A DNA stretch of 64,000 nucleotides, from assembly GCF_009914755.1 (NCBI RefSeq), contig NC_060948.1; one strand, given 5' to 3'. This DNA is from the human T2T-CHM13v2.0 reference genome, Homo sapiens. Within the stretch, counting starts at the first letter, position 1. Each line of letters begins with the position of its first letter. The notes under the pieces are model-generated. The model was not told the origin of the DNA and searched no databases. It worked only from the letters and a program-made list of their open reading frames with translations. Made by a program: the position numbers and the translations under genes. Shown in pieces: positions 1 to 14,861 of this stretch.

Positions 1-29
1 ATATGTTACATATAAGGCATACCACATAA

Positions 30-344
<315 letters not shown>

Positions 345-915
345 AGATCCATATTTTTTAAATGAAAAAAAATTTCAAAGGTACTCTGCTTGGTACAATA
401 ATCAAATGTATAAACTGAGGAATAAAACATAACCATGAAACCTACTTATAACTGCATATGGAAAATACAGAGGATAATTTTTTAAATAACATATTTTGAA
501 AGCCTTAACTAGTAATTTGAAGAGTTGGCATTTGAAAGGCCAGTATGAATATACCTTCAAAGCAGCAACACAGGTTCCCCATGAGAAAAAGCAAACACAG
601 GGAAAATAAAAACACAAAGGTTCAATCTCTTCTGACCTTTGAAAGACACAGCACAGACAGTGGTCCTTAGGACGAAGAGCAGGAGACCCCTAATTCCGTC
701 ACCATGGCGATAGGGCATAAACATTGCTGGGTGAGGGCACAATCCACATTGTGAGGTCCAACTGCTGCCAGGAAGACAGGAGTGCTTTTACATAGACCGA
801 AAGGTCATTGAAGGCTCAGAGTTTTGTTTCAAGAACTGAATCCCAAGCCCACACGTTATTAGGCTGCGCTTCTTAAAACAAGTTATGAGATGGGAAAAAG
901 GGCACCCACAAACAT
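345..915. repeat. HSATI-type middle segment of the unit (unit 1 shown; same offsets in all 27 units)
   Basis: ~570 bp of non-Alu, higher-complexity sequence between the Alu 5' end (gcca|agatcc) and the abrupt start of the AT-rich tract (cacaaacatacgtatacatt). The name is assigned from the known DYZ2 architecture, not from an alignment; boundaries are approximate. Confidence 0.8.
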
Positions 916-2472
916 ACGTATACATTATGTATATAATAATATACAGTATCATATATATAATATATATAACCTATGTATAATATTGTTTTACATCCTGCAT
1001 CTAATGTTATATATATTGTATAAAATATAATAATTGATAATATATAAGTTTTATAATTATACAATATGACATATAGTATATATTATAATTTATGACATAT
1101 ATAATATATGTTATATGTCATATATAGAATATATTATACGGTTAATATACGTATTAAATATAAATTATACATTATATATATTATATATAATATATCTGTT
1201 ATATATAATACCCATTATGCATAATATATATATTATGTCTATGTTATATATAGCATAAAACAACATATAATAATATATAATTGTATATATAAAATGCGAC
1301 ATATAATATATATTATATTTTATTACATATGTAATATATATTATATATTATATATAATACGTTGTATGTATAATACCTATATTAAATATATATTATATGA
1401 CTATGTTATTAATTACATGTCACATGCGTTATATATTATATATTTTATATAGAATATACCGGTTACATACAATATATACTATGTTACCTATAATGTATAA
1501 TTTATTACATGTAAAATAAAGAATGCAATATATTATGTAAAATTTATAATATACCATATGTGGAATGTGATATATATAACATATAATATATGATATATGA
1601 TGTACAGTATATGATATATAACATACAATATATGATTCCTAATATATATGGTATACAATATATATTTTATGTTATGCATTCTATATGTTTTATATTCTGT
1701 TATATATAACTATTTGAAATTATATATAACTGTATAATATTTTATGTAAATATGTAATATAATATATATAACTATATAATATATTATATATAACTATATA
1801 TTATGTTATATATACTTTTATAACATAATTTACATAAAATATCATAATATAATATATATTATATTATTTCATATTACATAATATATATTACATATCACCC
1901 AATATAACTAACATACATAATATTATAATATAGATTATATTATGTTATATTAAATATCATATATATCATGTATCATATATTCTATAATATATATTACACC
2001 TTATATAATATGTATGTTGTCTATTATGTGATATATATAACTATATATATAATTATATTTTTATACATATAACTAGATAAACATGTAATTCTACATATTT
2101 TCATTTATAATATGTAGAATTATATAATCATATATAATTATTTATATTCTATAAAAAATTTTATCATTATATAAATTATAATATATAAAAATTATAATAT
2201 GTACTATAAATATATATATTATATATCATATATGATATAGTACTATTGTTATATTTCATAATACATATAAATGTGTATTATGTTATCTATAATTATATAA
2301 TTTCATATATAAGATGTATAATATGTATCATAAATTATATATGTTGTGTAATATATATAGTATATATAAGATGACACAGGATAAATATTATATACTATGA
2401 CATATAAAATATATGAGGTTATATGTTACATATAAGGCATAGCACAGAACATGTAATATATATCATATATAA
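916..2472. repeat. AT-rich degenerate (TA)n-like simple-sequence domain of the unit (unit 1 shown; present in every unit)
   Basis: ~1.55 kb dominated by tatata/tataat/atatta motifs with sparse G/C; runs directly into the poly-T (Alu tail) of the next unit at 2473. Confidence 0.93.
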
Positions 2473-2693
2473 TTTTTTTTTAGACAGAATCTTGTCCTGT
2501 TGCACAGGGTGGGGTACAATGGCGCCATCTTTGCTCACTGCAACTTCTGCCTCACGGGTCCAAGCGATTGTCCTCCCTCAGCCTCCCAGGTAGCTGGGAC
2601 TACACCACACTGGGACTACACCAGCTGCCACCATGCCTAGCTAATTTTTTGGATTTTTAGTAGTGACAGCGTTTCACTGTATTGGCCAGGATG

Positions 2694-2702
2694 GTCTTGA
2701 TC
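2694..2702 (-). promoter_or_regulatory. Alu Pol III B box, GATCAAGAC (unit 2 shown; GGTCAAGAC variant in U1, U10, U11)
   Basis: Reverse complement of gtcttgatc fits GWTCRANNC at the canonical Alu left-arm position. Motif only; activity unknown. Confidence 0.55.
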
Positions 2703-2753
2703 TCTTCACCTTGTGATCCCCTTGCCTTGGCCTCCAAATTTGCTGGGATTACA

Positions 2754-2764
2754 GGCCTGAGCCA
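2754..2764 (-). promoter_or_regulatory. Alu Pol III A box, TGGCTCAGGCC (unit 2 shown)
   Basis: Reverse complement of ggcctgagcca; one mismatch to the Alu consensus TGGCTCACGCC. Motif only. Confidence 0.45.
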
Positions 2765-4866
2765 AGATCCATATTTTTTAAATGAAAAAAAATTTCAAAG
2801 GTACTCTGCTTGGTACAATAATCAAATGTATAAACTGAGGAATAAAACATAACCATGAAACCTACTTATAACTGCATATGGAAAATACAGAGGATAATTT
2901 TTTAAATAACATATTTTGAAAGCCTTAACTAGTAATTTGAAGAGTTGGCATTTGAAAGGCCAGTATGAATATACCTTCAAAGCAGCAACACAGGTTCCCC
3001 ATGAGAAAAAGCAAACACAGGGAAAATAAAAACACAAAGGTTCAATCTCTTCTGACCTTTGAAAGACACAGCACAGACAGTGGTCCTTAGGACGAAGAGC
3101 AGGAGACCCCTAATTCCGTCACCATGGCGATAGGGCATAAACATTGCTGGGTGAGGGCACAATCCACATTGTGAGGTCCAACTGCTGCCAGGAAGACAGG
3201 AGTGCTTTTACATAGACCGAAAGGTCATTGAAGGCTCAGAGTTTTGTTTCAAGAACTGAATCCCAAGCCCACACGTTATTAGGCTGCGCTTCTTAAAACA
3301 AGTTATGAGATGGGAAAAAGGGCACCCACAAACATACGTATACATTATGTATATAATAATATACAGTATCATATATATAATATATATAACCTATGTATAA
3401 TATTGTTTTACATCCTGCATCTTATGTTATATATATTGTATAAAATATAATAATTGATAATATATAAGTTTTATAATTATACAATATGACATATAGTATA
3501 TATTATAATTTATGACATATATAATATATGTTATATGTCATATATAGAATATATTATACGGTTAATATACGTATTAAATATAAATTATACATTATATATA
3601 TTATATATAATATATCTGTTATATATAATACCCATTATGCATAATATATATATTATGTCTATGTTATATATAGTATAAAACAACATATAATAATATATAA
3701 TTGTATATATAAAATGCGACATATAATATATATTATATTTTATTACATATGTAATATATATTATATATTATATATAATACGTTGTATGTATAATACCTAT
3801 ATTAAATATATATTATATGACTATGTTATTAATTACATGTCACATGCGTTATATATTATATATTTTACATAGAATATACCGGTTACATACAATATATACT
3901 ATGTTACCTATAACGTATAATTTATTACATGTAAAATAAAGAATGCAATATATTATGTAAAATTTATAATATACCATATGTGGAATGTGATATATATAAC
4001 ATATAATATATGATATATGATGTACAGTATATGATATATAACATACAATATATGATTCCTAATATATATGGTATACAATATATATTTTATGTTATGTATT
4101 CTATATGTTTTATATTCTGTTATATATAACTATTTGAAATTATATATAACTGTATAATATTTTATGTAAATATGTAATATAATATATATAACTATATAAT
4201 ATATTATATATAACTATATATTATGTTATATATACTTTTATAACATAATTTACATAAAATATAATATAATATATATTATATTATTTCATATTACATAATA
4301 TATATTACATATCACCCAATATAACTAACATACATAATATTATAATATAGATTATATTATGTTATATTAAATATCATATATATCATGTATCATATATTCT
4401 ATAATATATATTACACCTTATATAATATGTATGTTGTCTATTATGTGATATATATAACTATATATATAATTATATTTTTATACATATAACTAGATAAACA
4501 TGTAATTCTACATATTTCCATTTATAATATGTAGAATTATATAATCATATATAATTATTTATATTCTATAAAAAATTTTATCATTATATAAATTATAATA
4601 TATAAAAATTATAATATGTACTACAAATATATATATTATATATCATATATGATATAGTACCTTTGTTATATATCATAATACATATAAATGTGTATTATGT
4701 TATCTATAATTATATAATTTCATATATAAGATGTATAATATGTATCATATATTATATATGTTATGTAATATATATAGTATATATAAGATGACACAGGATA
4801 AATATTATATACTATGACATATAAAATATATGAGGTTATATGTTACATATAAGGCATAGCACATAA

Positions 4867-5181
<315 letters not shown>

Positions 5182-7309
5182 AGATCCATATTTTTTAAAT
5201 GAAAAAAAATTTCAAAGGTACTCTGCTTGGTACAATAATCAAATGTATAAACTGAGGAATAAAACATAACCATGAAACCTACTTATAACTGCATATGGAA
5301 AATACAGAGGATAATTTTTTAAATAACATATTTTGAAAGCCTTAACTAGTAATTTGAAGAGCTGGCATTTGAAAGGCCAGTATGAATATACCTTCAAAGC
5401 AGCAACACAGGTTCCCCATGAGAAAAAGCAAACACAGGGAAAATAAAACCACAAAGGTTCAATCTCTTCTGACCTTTGAAAGACACAGCACAGACAGTGG
5501 TCCTTAGGACGAAGAGCAGGAGACCCCTAATTCCGTCACCATGGCGATAGGGCATAAACATTGCTGGGTGAGGGCACAATCCACATTGTGAGGTCCAACT
5601 GCTGCCAGGAAGACAGGAGTGCTTTTACATAGACCGAAAGGTAATTGAAGGCTCAGAGTTTTCTTTCAAGAACTGAATCCCAAGCCCACACGTTATTAGG
5701 CTGCGCTTCTTAAAACAAGTTATGAGATGGGAAAAAGGGCACCCACAAACATACGTATACATTATGTATATAATAATATACAGTATCATATATATAATAT
5801 ATATAACCTATGTATAATATTGTTTTACATCCTGCATCTTATGTTATATATATTGTATAAAATATAATAATTGATAATATATAAGTTTTATAATTATACA
5901 ATATGACATATAGTATATATTATAATTTATGACATATATAATATATGTTATATGTCATATATAGAATATATTATACGGTTAATATACGTATTAAATATAA
6001 ATTATACATTATATATATTATATATAATATATCTGTTATATATAATACCCATTATGCATAATATATATATTATGTCTATGTTATATATAGTATAAAACAA
6101 CATATAATAATATATAATTGTATATATAAAATGCGACATATAATATATATTATATTTTATAACATATGTAATATATATTATATATTATATATAATACGTT
6201 GTATGTATAATACCAATATTAAATATATATTATATGACTATGTTATTAATTACGTGTCACATGTGTTATATATTATATATTTTACATAGAATATACCGGT
6301 TACATACAATATATACTATGTTACCTATAATGTATAATTTATTACATGTAAAATAAAGAATGCAATATATTATGTAAAATTTATAATATACCATATGTGG
6401 AATGTGATATATATAACATATAATATATGATATATGATGTACAGTATATGATATATAACATACAATATATGATTCCTAATATATATGGTATACAATATAT
6501 ATTTTATGTTATGTATTCTATATGTTTTATATTCTGTTATATATAACTATATGAAATTATATATAACTGTATAATATTTTATGTAAATATGTAATATAAT
6601 ATATATAACTATATAATATATTATATATAACTATATATTATGTTATATATACTTTTATAACATAATTTACATAAAATATCATAATATAATATATATTATA
6701 TTATTTCATATTACATAATATATATTACATATCACCCAATATAAATAACATACATAATATTATAATATAGATTATATTATGTTATATTAAATATCATATA
6801 TATCATGTATCATATATTCTATAATATATATTACACCTTATATAATATGTATGTTGTCTATTATGTGATATATATAACTATATATATAATTATATTTTTA
6901 TACATATAACTAGATAAACATGTAATTCTACATATTTCCATTTATAATATGTAGAATTATATATTCATATATAATTATTTATATTCTATAAAAAATTTTA
7001 TCATTATATAAATTATAATATATAAAAATTATAATATGTACTACAAATATATATATTATATATCATATATGATATAGTACTATTGTTATATTTCATAATA
7101 CATATAAATGTGTATTATGTTATCTATAATTATATAATTTCATATATAAGATGTATAATATGTATCATAAAATATATATGTTGTGTAATATATATAGTAT
7201 ATATAAGATGACACAGGATAAATATTATATACTATGACATATAAAATATATGAGGTTATATGTTACATATAAGGCATAGCACATAACATGTAATATATAT
7301 CATATATAA

Positions 7310-7601
7310 TTTTTTTTTAGACAGAATCTTGTCCTGTTGCACAGGGTGGGGTACAATGGCGCCATCTTTGCTGACGGCAAATTCTGCCTCACGGGTCCAA
7401 GCGATTGTCCTCCCTCAGCCTCCCAGGTAGCTGGGACTACACCACACTGGGACTACACCAGCTGCCACCATGCCTAGCTAATTTTTTGGATTTTTAGTAG
7501 TGACAGCGTTTCACTGTATTGGCCAGGATGGTCTTGATCTCTTCACCTTGTGATCCCCTTGCCTTGGCCTCCAAATTTGCTGGGATTACAGGCCTGAGCC
7601 A
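7310..7601 (-). mobile_element. Diverged Alu, U4
   Basis: Copy; ctgacggcaaattc variant. Confidence 0.95.
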
Positions 7602-9706
7602 AGATCCATATTTTTTAAATGAAAAAAAATTTCAAAGGTACTCTGCTTGGTACAATAATCAAATGTATAAACTGAGGAATAAAACATAACCATGAAACCT
7701 ACTTATAACTGCATATGGAAAATACAGAGGATAATTTTTTAAATAACATATTTTGAAAGCCTTAACTAGTAATTTGAAGAGTTGGCATTTGAAAGGCCAG
7801 TATGAATATACCTTCAAAGCAGCAACACAGGTTCCCCATGAGAAAAAGCAAACACAGGGAAAATAAAAACACAAAGGTTCAATCTCTTCTGACCTTTGAA
7901 AGACACAGCACAGACAGTGGTCCTTAGGACGAAGAGCAGGAGACCCCTAATTCCGTCACCATGGCGATAGGGCATAAACATTGCTGGGTGAGGGCACAAT
8001 CCACATTGTGAGGTCCAACTGCTGCCAGGAAGACAGGAGTGCTTTTACATAGACCGAAAGGTCATTGAAGGCTCAGAGTTTTGTTTCAAGAACTGAATCC
8101 CAAGCCCACACGTTATTAGGCTGCGCTTCTTAAAACAAGTTATGAGATGGGAAAAAGGGCACCCACAAACATACGTATACATTATGTATATAATAATATA
8201 CAGTATCATATATATAATATATATAACCTATGTATAATATTGTTTTACATCCTGCATCTTATGTTATATATATTGTATAAAATATAATAATTGATAATAT
8301 ATAAGTTTTATAATTATACAATATGACATATAGTATATATTATAATTTATGACATATATAATATATGTTATATGTCATATATAGAATATATTATACGGTT
8401 AATATACGTATTAAATATAAATTATACATTATATATATTATATATAATATATCTGTTATATATAATACCCATTATGCATAATATATATATTATGTCTATG
8501 TTATATATAGTATAAAACAACATATAATAATATATAATTGTATATATAAAATGCGACATATAATATATATTATATTTTATTACATATGCAATATATATTA
8601 TATATTATATATAATACGTTGTATGTATAATACCTATATTAAATATATATTATATGACTATGTTATTAATTACATGTCACATGCGTTATATATTATATAT
8701 TTTACATAGAATATACCGGTTACATACAATATATACTATGTTACCTATAATGTATAATTTATTACATGTAAAATAAAGAATGCAATATATTATGTAAAAT
8801 TTATAATATACCATATGTGGAATGTGATATATATAACATATAATATATGATATATGATGTACAGTATATGATATATAACATACAATATATGATTCCTAAT
8901 ATATATGGTATACAATATATATTTTATGTTATGTATTCTATATGTTTTATATTCTGTTATATATAACTATTTGAAATTATATATAACTGTATAATATTTT
9001 ATGTAAATATGTAATATAATATATATAACTATATAATATATTATATATAACTATATATTATGTTATATATACTTTTATAACATAATTTACATAAAATATC
9101 ATAATATAATATATATTATATTATTTCATATTACATAATATATATTACATATCACCCAATATAACTAACATACATAATATTATAATATAGATTATATTAT
9201 GTTATATTAAATATCATATATATCATGTATCATATATTCTATAATATATATTACACCTTATATAATATGTATGTTGTCTATTATGTGATATATATAACTA
9301 TATATATAATTATATTTTTATACATATAACTAGATAAACATGTAATTCTACATATTTCCATTTATAATATGTAGAATTATATAATCATATATAATTATTT
9401 ATATTCTATAAAAAATTTTATCATTATATAAATTATAATATATAAAAATTATAATATGTACTACAAATATATATATTATATATCATATATGATATAGTAC
9501 CTTTGTTATATATCATAATACATATAAATGTGTATTATGTTATCTATAATTATATAATTTCATATATAAGATGTATAATATGTATCATATATTATATATG
9601 TTATGTAATATATATAGTATATATAAGATGACACAGGATAAATATTATATACTATGACATATAAAATATATGAGGTTATATGTTACATATAAGGCATAGC
9701 ACATAA

Positions 9707-10021
<315 letters not shown>

Positions 10022-12149
10022 AGATCCATATTTTTTAAATGAAAAAAAATTTCAAAGGTACTCTGCTTGGTACAATAATCAAATGTATAAACTGAGGAAT
10101 AAAACATAACCATGAAACCTACTTATAACTGCATATGGAAAATACAGAGGATAATTTTTTAAATAACATATTTTGAAAGCCTTAACTAGTAATTTGAAGA
10201 GCTGGCATTTGAAAGGCCAGTATGAATATACCTTCAAAGCAGCAACACAGGTTCCCCATGAGAAAAAGCAAACACAGGGAAAATAAAACCACAAAGGTTC
10301 AATCTCTTCTGACCTTTGAAAGACACAGCACAGACAGTGGTCCTTAGGACGAAGAGCAGGAGACCCCTAATTCCGTCACCATGGCGATAGGGCATAAACA
10401 TTGCTGGGTGAGGGCACAATCCACATTGTGAGGTCCAACTGCTGCCAGGAAGACAGGAGTGCTTTTACATAGACCGAAAGGTCATTGAAGGCTCAGAGTT
10501 TTGTTTCAAGAACTGAATCCCAAGCCCACACGTTATTAGGCTGCGCTTCTTAAAACAAGTTATGAGATGGGAAAAAGGGCACCCACAAACATACGTATAC
10601 ATTATGTATATAATAATATACAGTATCATATATATAATATATATAACCTATGTATAATATTGTTTTACATCCTGCATCTAATGTTATATATATTGTATAA
10701 AATATAATAATTGATAATATATAAGTTTTATAATTATACAATATGACATATAGTATATATTATAATTTATGACATATATAATATATGTTATATGTCATAT
10801 ATAGAATATATTATACGGTTAATATACGTATTAAATATAAATTATACATTATATATATTATATATAATATATCTGTTATATATAATACCCATTATGCATA
10901 ATATATATATTATGTCTATGTTATATATAGCATAAAACAACATATAATAATATATAATTGTATATATAAAATGCGACATATAATATATATTATATTTTAT
11001 TACATATGTAATATATATTATATATTATATATAATACGTTGTATGTATAATACCTATATTAAATATATATTATATGACTATGTTATTAATTACATGTCAC
11101 ATGCGTTATATATTATATATTTTATATAGAATATACCGGTTACATACAATATATACTATGTTACCTATAATGTATAATTTATTACATGTAAAATAAAGAA
11201 TGCAATATATTATGTAAAATTTATAATATACCATATGTGGAATGTGATATATATAACATATAATATATGATATATGATGTACAGTATATGATATATAACA
11301 TACAATATATGATTCCTAATATATATGGTATACAATATATATTTTATGTTATGTATTCTATATGTTTTATATTCTGTTATATATAACTATTTGAAATTAT
11401 ATATAACTGTATAATATTTTATGTAAATATGTAATATAATATATATAACTATATAATATATTATATATAACTATATATTATGTTATATATACTTTTATAA
11501 CATAATTTACATAAAATATCATAATATAATATATATTATATTATTTCATATTACATAATATATATTACATATCACCCAATATAACTAACATACATAATAT
11601 TATAATATAGATTATATTATGTTATATTAAATATCATATATATCATGTATCATATATTCTATAATATATATTACACCTTATATAATATGTATGTTGTCTA
11701 TTATGTGATATATATAACTATATATATAATTATATTTTTATACATATAACTAGATAAACATGTAATTCTACATATTTTCATTTATAATATGTAGAATTAT
11801 ATAATCATATATAATTATTTATATTCTATAAAAAATTTTATCATTATATAAATTATAATATATAAAAATTATCATATGTACTACAAATATATATATTATA
11901 TATCATATATGATATAGTACTATTGTTATATTTCATAATACATATAAATGTGTATTATGTTATCTATAATTATATAATTTCATATATAAGATGTATAATA
12001 TGTATCATAAAATATATATGTTGTGTAATATATATAGTATATATAAGATGACACAGGATAAATATTATATACTATGACATATAAAATATATGAGGTTATA
12101 TGTTACATATAAGGCATAGCACATAACATGTAATATATATCATATATAA

Positions 12150-12441
12150 TTTTTTTTTAGACAGAATCTTGTCCTGTTGCACAGGGTGGGGTACAATGGC
12201 GCCATCTTTGCTGACTGCAAATTCTGCCTCACGGGTCCAAGCGATTGTCCTCCCTCAGCCTCCCAGGTAGCTGGGACTACACCACACTGGGACTACACCA
12301 GCTGCCACCATGCCTAGCTAATTTTTTGGATTTTTAGTAGTGACAGCGTTTCACTGTATTGGCCAGGATGGTCTTGATCTCTTCACCTTGTGATCCCCTT
12401 GCCTTGGCCTCCAAATTTGCTGGGATTACAGGCCTGAGCCA
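12150..12441 (-). mobile_element. Diverged Alu, U6
   Basis: Copy; ctgac/aattc type. Confidence 0.95.
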
Positions 12442-14569
12442 AGATCCATATTTTTTAAATGAAAAAAAATTTCAAAGGTACTCTGCTTGGTACAATAATC
12501 AAATGTATAAACTGAGGAATAAAACATAACCATGAAACCTACTTATAACTGCATATGGAAAATACAGAGGATAATTTTTTAAATAACATATTTTGAAAGC
12601 CTTAACTAGTAATTTGAAGAGTTGGCATTTGAAAGGCCAGTATGAATATACCTTCAAAGCAGCAACACAGGTTCCCCATGAGAAAAAGCAAACACAGGGA
12701 AAATAAAAACACAAAGGTTCAATCTCTTCTGACCTTTGAAAGACACAGCACAGACAGTGGTCCTTAGGACGAAGAGCAGGAGACCCCTAATTCCGTCACC
12801 ATGGCGATAGGGCATAAACATTGCTGGGTGAGGGCACAATCCACATTGTGAGGTCCAACTGCTGCCAGGAAGACAGGAGTGCTTTTACATAGACCGAAAG
12901 GTCATTGAAGGCTCAGAGTTTTGTTTCAAGAACTGAATCCCAAGCCCACACGTTATTAGGCTGCGCTTCTTAAAACAAGTTATGAGATGGGAAAAAGGGC
13001 ACCCACAAACATACGTATACATTATGTATATAATAATATACAGTATCATATATATAATATATATAACCTATGTATAATATTGTTTTACATCCTGCATCTT
13101 ATGTTATATATATTGTATAAAATATAATAATTGATAATATATAAGTTTTATAATTATACAATATGACATATAGTATATATTATAATTTATGACATATATA
13201 ATATATGTTATATGTCATATATAGAATATATTATACGGTTAATATACGTATTAAATATAAATTATACATTATATATATTATATATAATATATCTGTTATA
13301 TATAATACCCATTATGCATAATATATATATTATGTCTATGTTATATATAGCATAAAACAACATATAATAATATATAATTGTATATATAAAATGCGACATA
13401 TAATATATATTATATTTTATTACATATGTAATATATATTATATATTATATATAATACGTTGTATGTATAATACCTATATTAAATATATATTATATGACTA
13501 TGTTATTAATTACATGTCACATGCGTTATATATTATATATTTTATATAGAATATACCGGTTACATACAATATATACTATGTTACCTATAATGTATAATTT
13601 ATTACATGTAAAATAAAGAATGCAATATATTATGTAAAATTTATAATATACCATATGTGGAATGTGATATATATAACATATAATATATGATATATGATGT
13701 ACAGTATATGATATATAACATACAATATATGATTCCTAATATATATGGTATACAATATATATTTTATGTTATGTATTCTATATGTTTTATATTCTGTTAT
13801 ATATAACTATTTGAAATTATATATAACTGTATAATATTTTATGTAAATATGTAATATAATATATATAACTATATAATATATTATATATAACTATATATTA
13901 TGTTATATATACTTTTATAACATAATTTACATAAAATATCATAATATAATATATATTATATTATTTCATATTACATAATATATATTACATATCACCCAAT
14001 ATAACTAACATACATAATATTATAATATAGATTATATTATGTTATATTAAATATCATATATATCATGTATCATATATTCTATAATATATATTACACCTTA
14101 TATAATATGTATGTTGTCTATTATGTGATATATATAACTATATATATAATTATATTTTTATACATATAACTAGATAAACATGTAATTCTACATATTTTCA
14201 TTTATAATATGTAGAATTATATAATCATATATAATTATTTATATTCTATAAAAAATTTTATCATTATATAAATTATAATATATAAAAATTATAATATGTA
14301 CTACAAATATATATATTATATATCATATATGATATAGTACTATTGTTATATTTCATAATACATATAAATGTGTATTATGTTATCTATAATTATATAATTT
14401 CATATATAAGATGTATAATATGTATCATAAAATATATATGTTGTGTAATATATATAGTATATATAAGATGACACAGGATAAATATTATATACTATGACAT
14501 ATAAAATATATGAGGTTATATGTTACATATAAGGCATAGCACATAACATGTAATATATATCATATATAA

Positions 14570-14861
14570 TTTTTTTTTAGACAGAATCTTGTCCTGTTGC
14601 ACAGGGTGGGGTACAATGGCGCCATCTTTGCTGACTGCAAATTCTGCCTCACGGGTCCAAGCGATTGTCCTCCCTCAGCCTCCCAGGTAGCTGGGACTAC
14701 ACCACACTGGGACTACACCAGCTGCCACCATGCCTAGCTAATTTTTTGGATTTTTAGTAGTGACAGCGTTTCACTGTATTGGCCAGGATGGTCTTGATCT
14801 CTTCACCTTGTGATCCCCTTGCCTTGGCCTCCAAATTTGCTGGGATTACAGGCCTGAGCCA
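14570..14861 (-). mobile_element. Diverged Alu, U7
   Basis: Copy; ctgac/aattc type. Confidence 0.95.

Larger units (their letters stand above)
2473..2764 (-). mobile_element. Diverged Alu, U2
   Basis: Near-identical copy of the U1 Alu; ctcac/cttc type. Confidence 0.95.

Noticed and set aside
402-742. Overlapping 71-aa and 61-aa minus-strand ORFs repeated in all units (77-aa read-through in U25)
   Set aside because: Short, with no recognisable domain and a Phe/Cys/Leu/Val bias reflecting base composition. They are conserved only because the whole unit is near-identical, and variants are freely non-synonymous.
873-1064. 63-aa Tyr/Ile-rich ORF in U1, U5 and U9-U12
   Set aside because: Translation of TA-rich sequence; it exists only where the catctta>catctaa variant removes a minus-strand stop. 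Useful as a haplotype marker only.
1560-1570. GGAAT pentamer suggesting HSat3/DYZ1
   Set aside because: An isolated occurrence; no (GGAAT)n or (CATTC)n tract, no DYZ1 junction and no inversion anywhere in the window.
421-2400. AATAAA signals and many TATA-like boxes
   Set aside because: Expected by chance at this AT content, with no associated gene structure.
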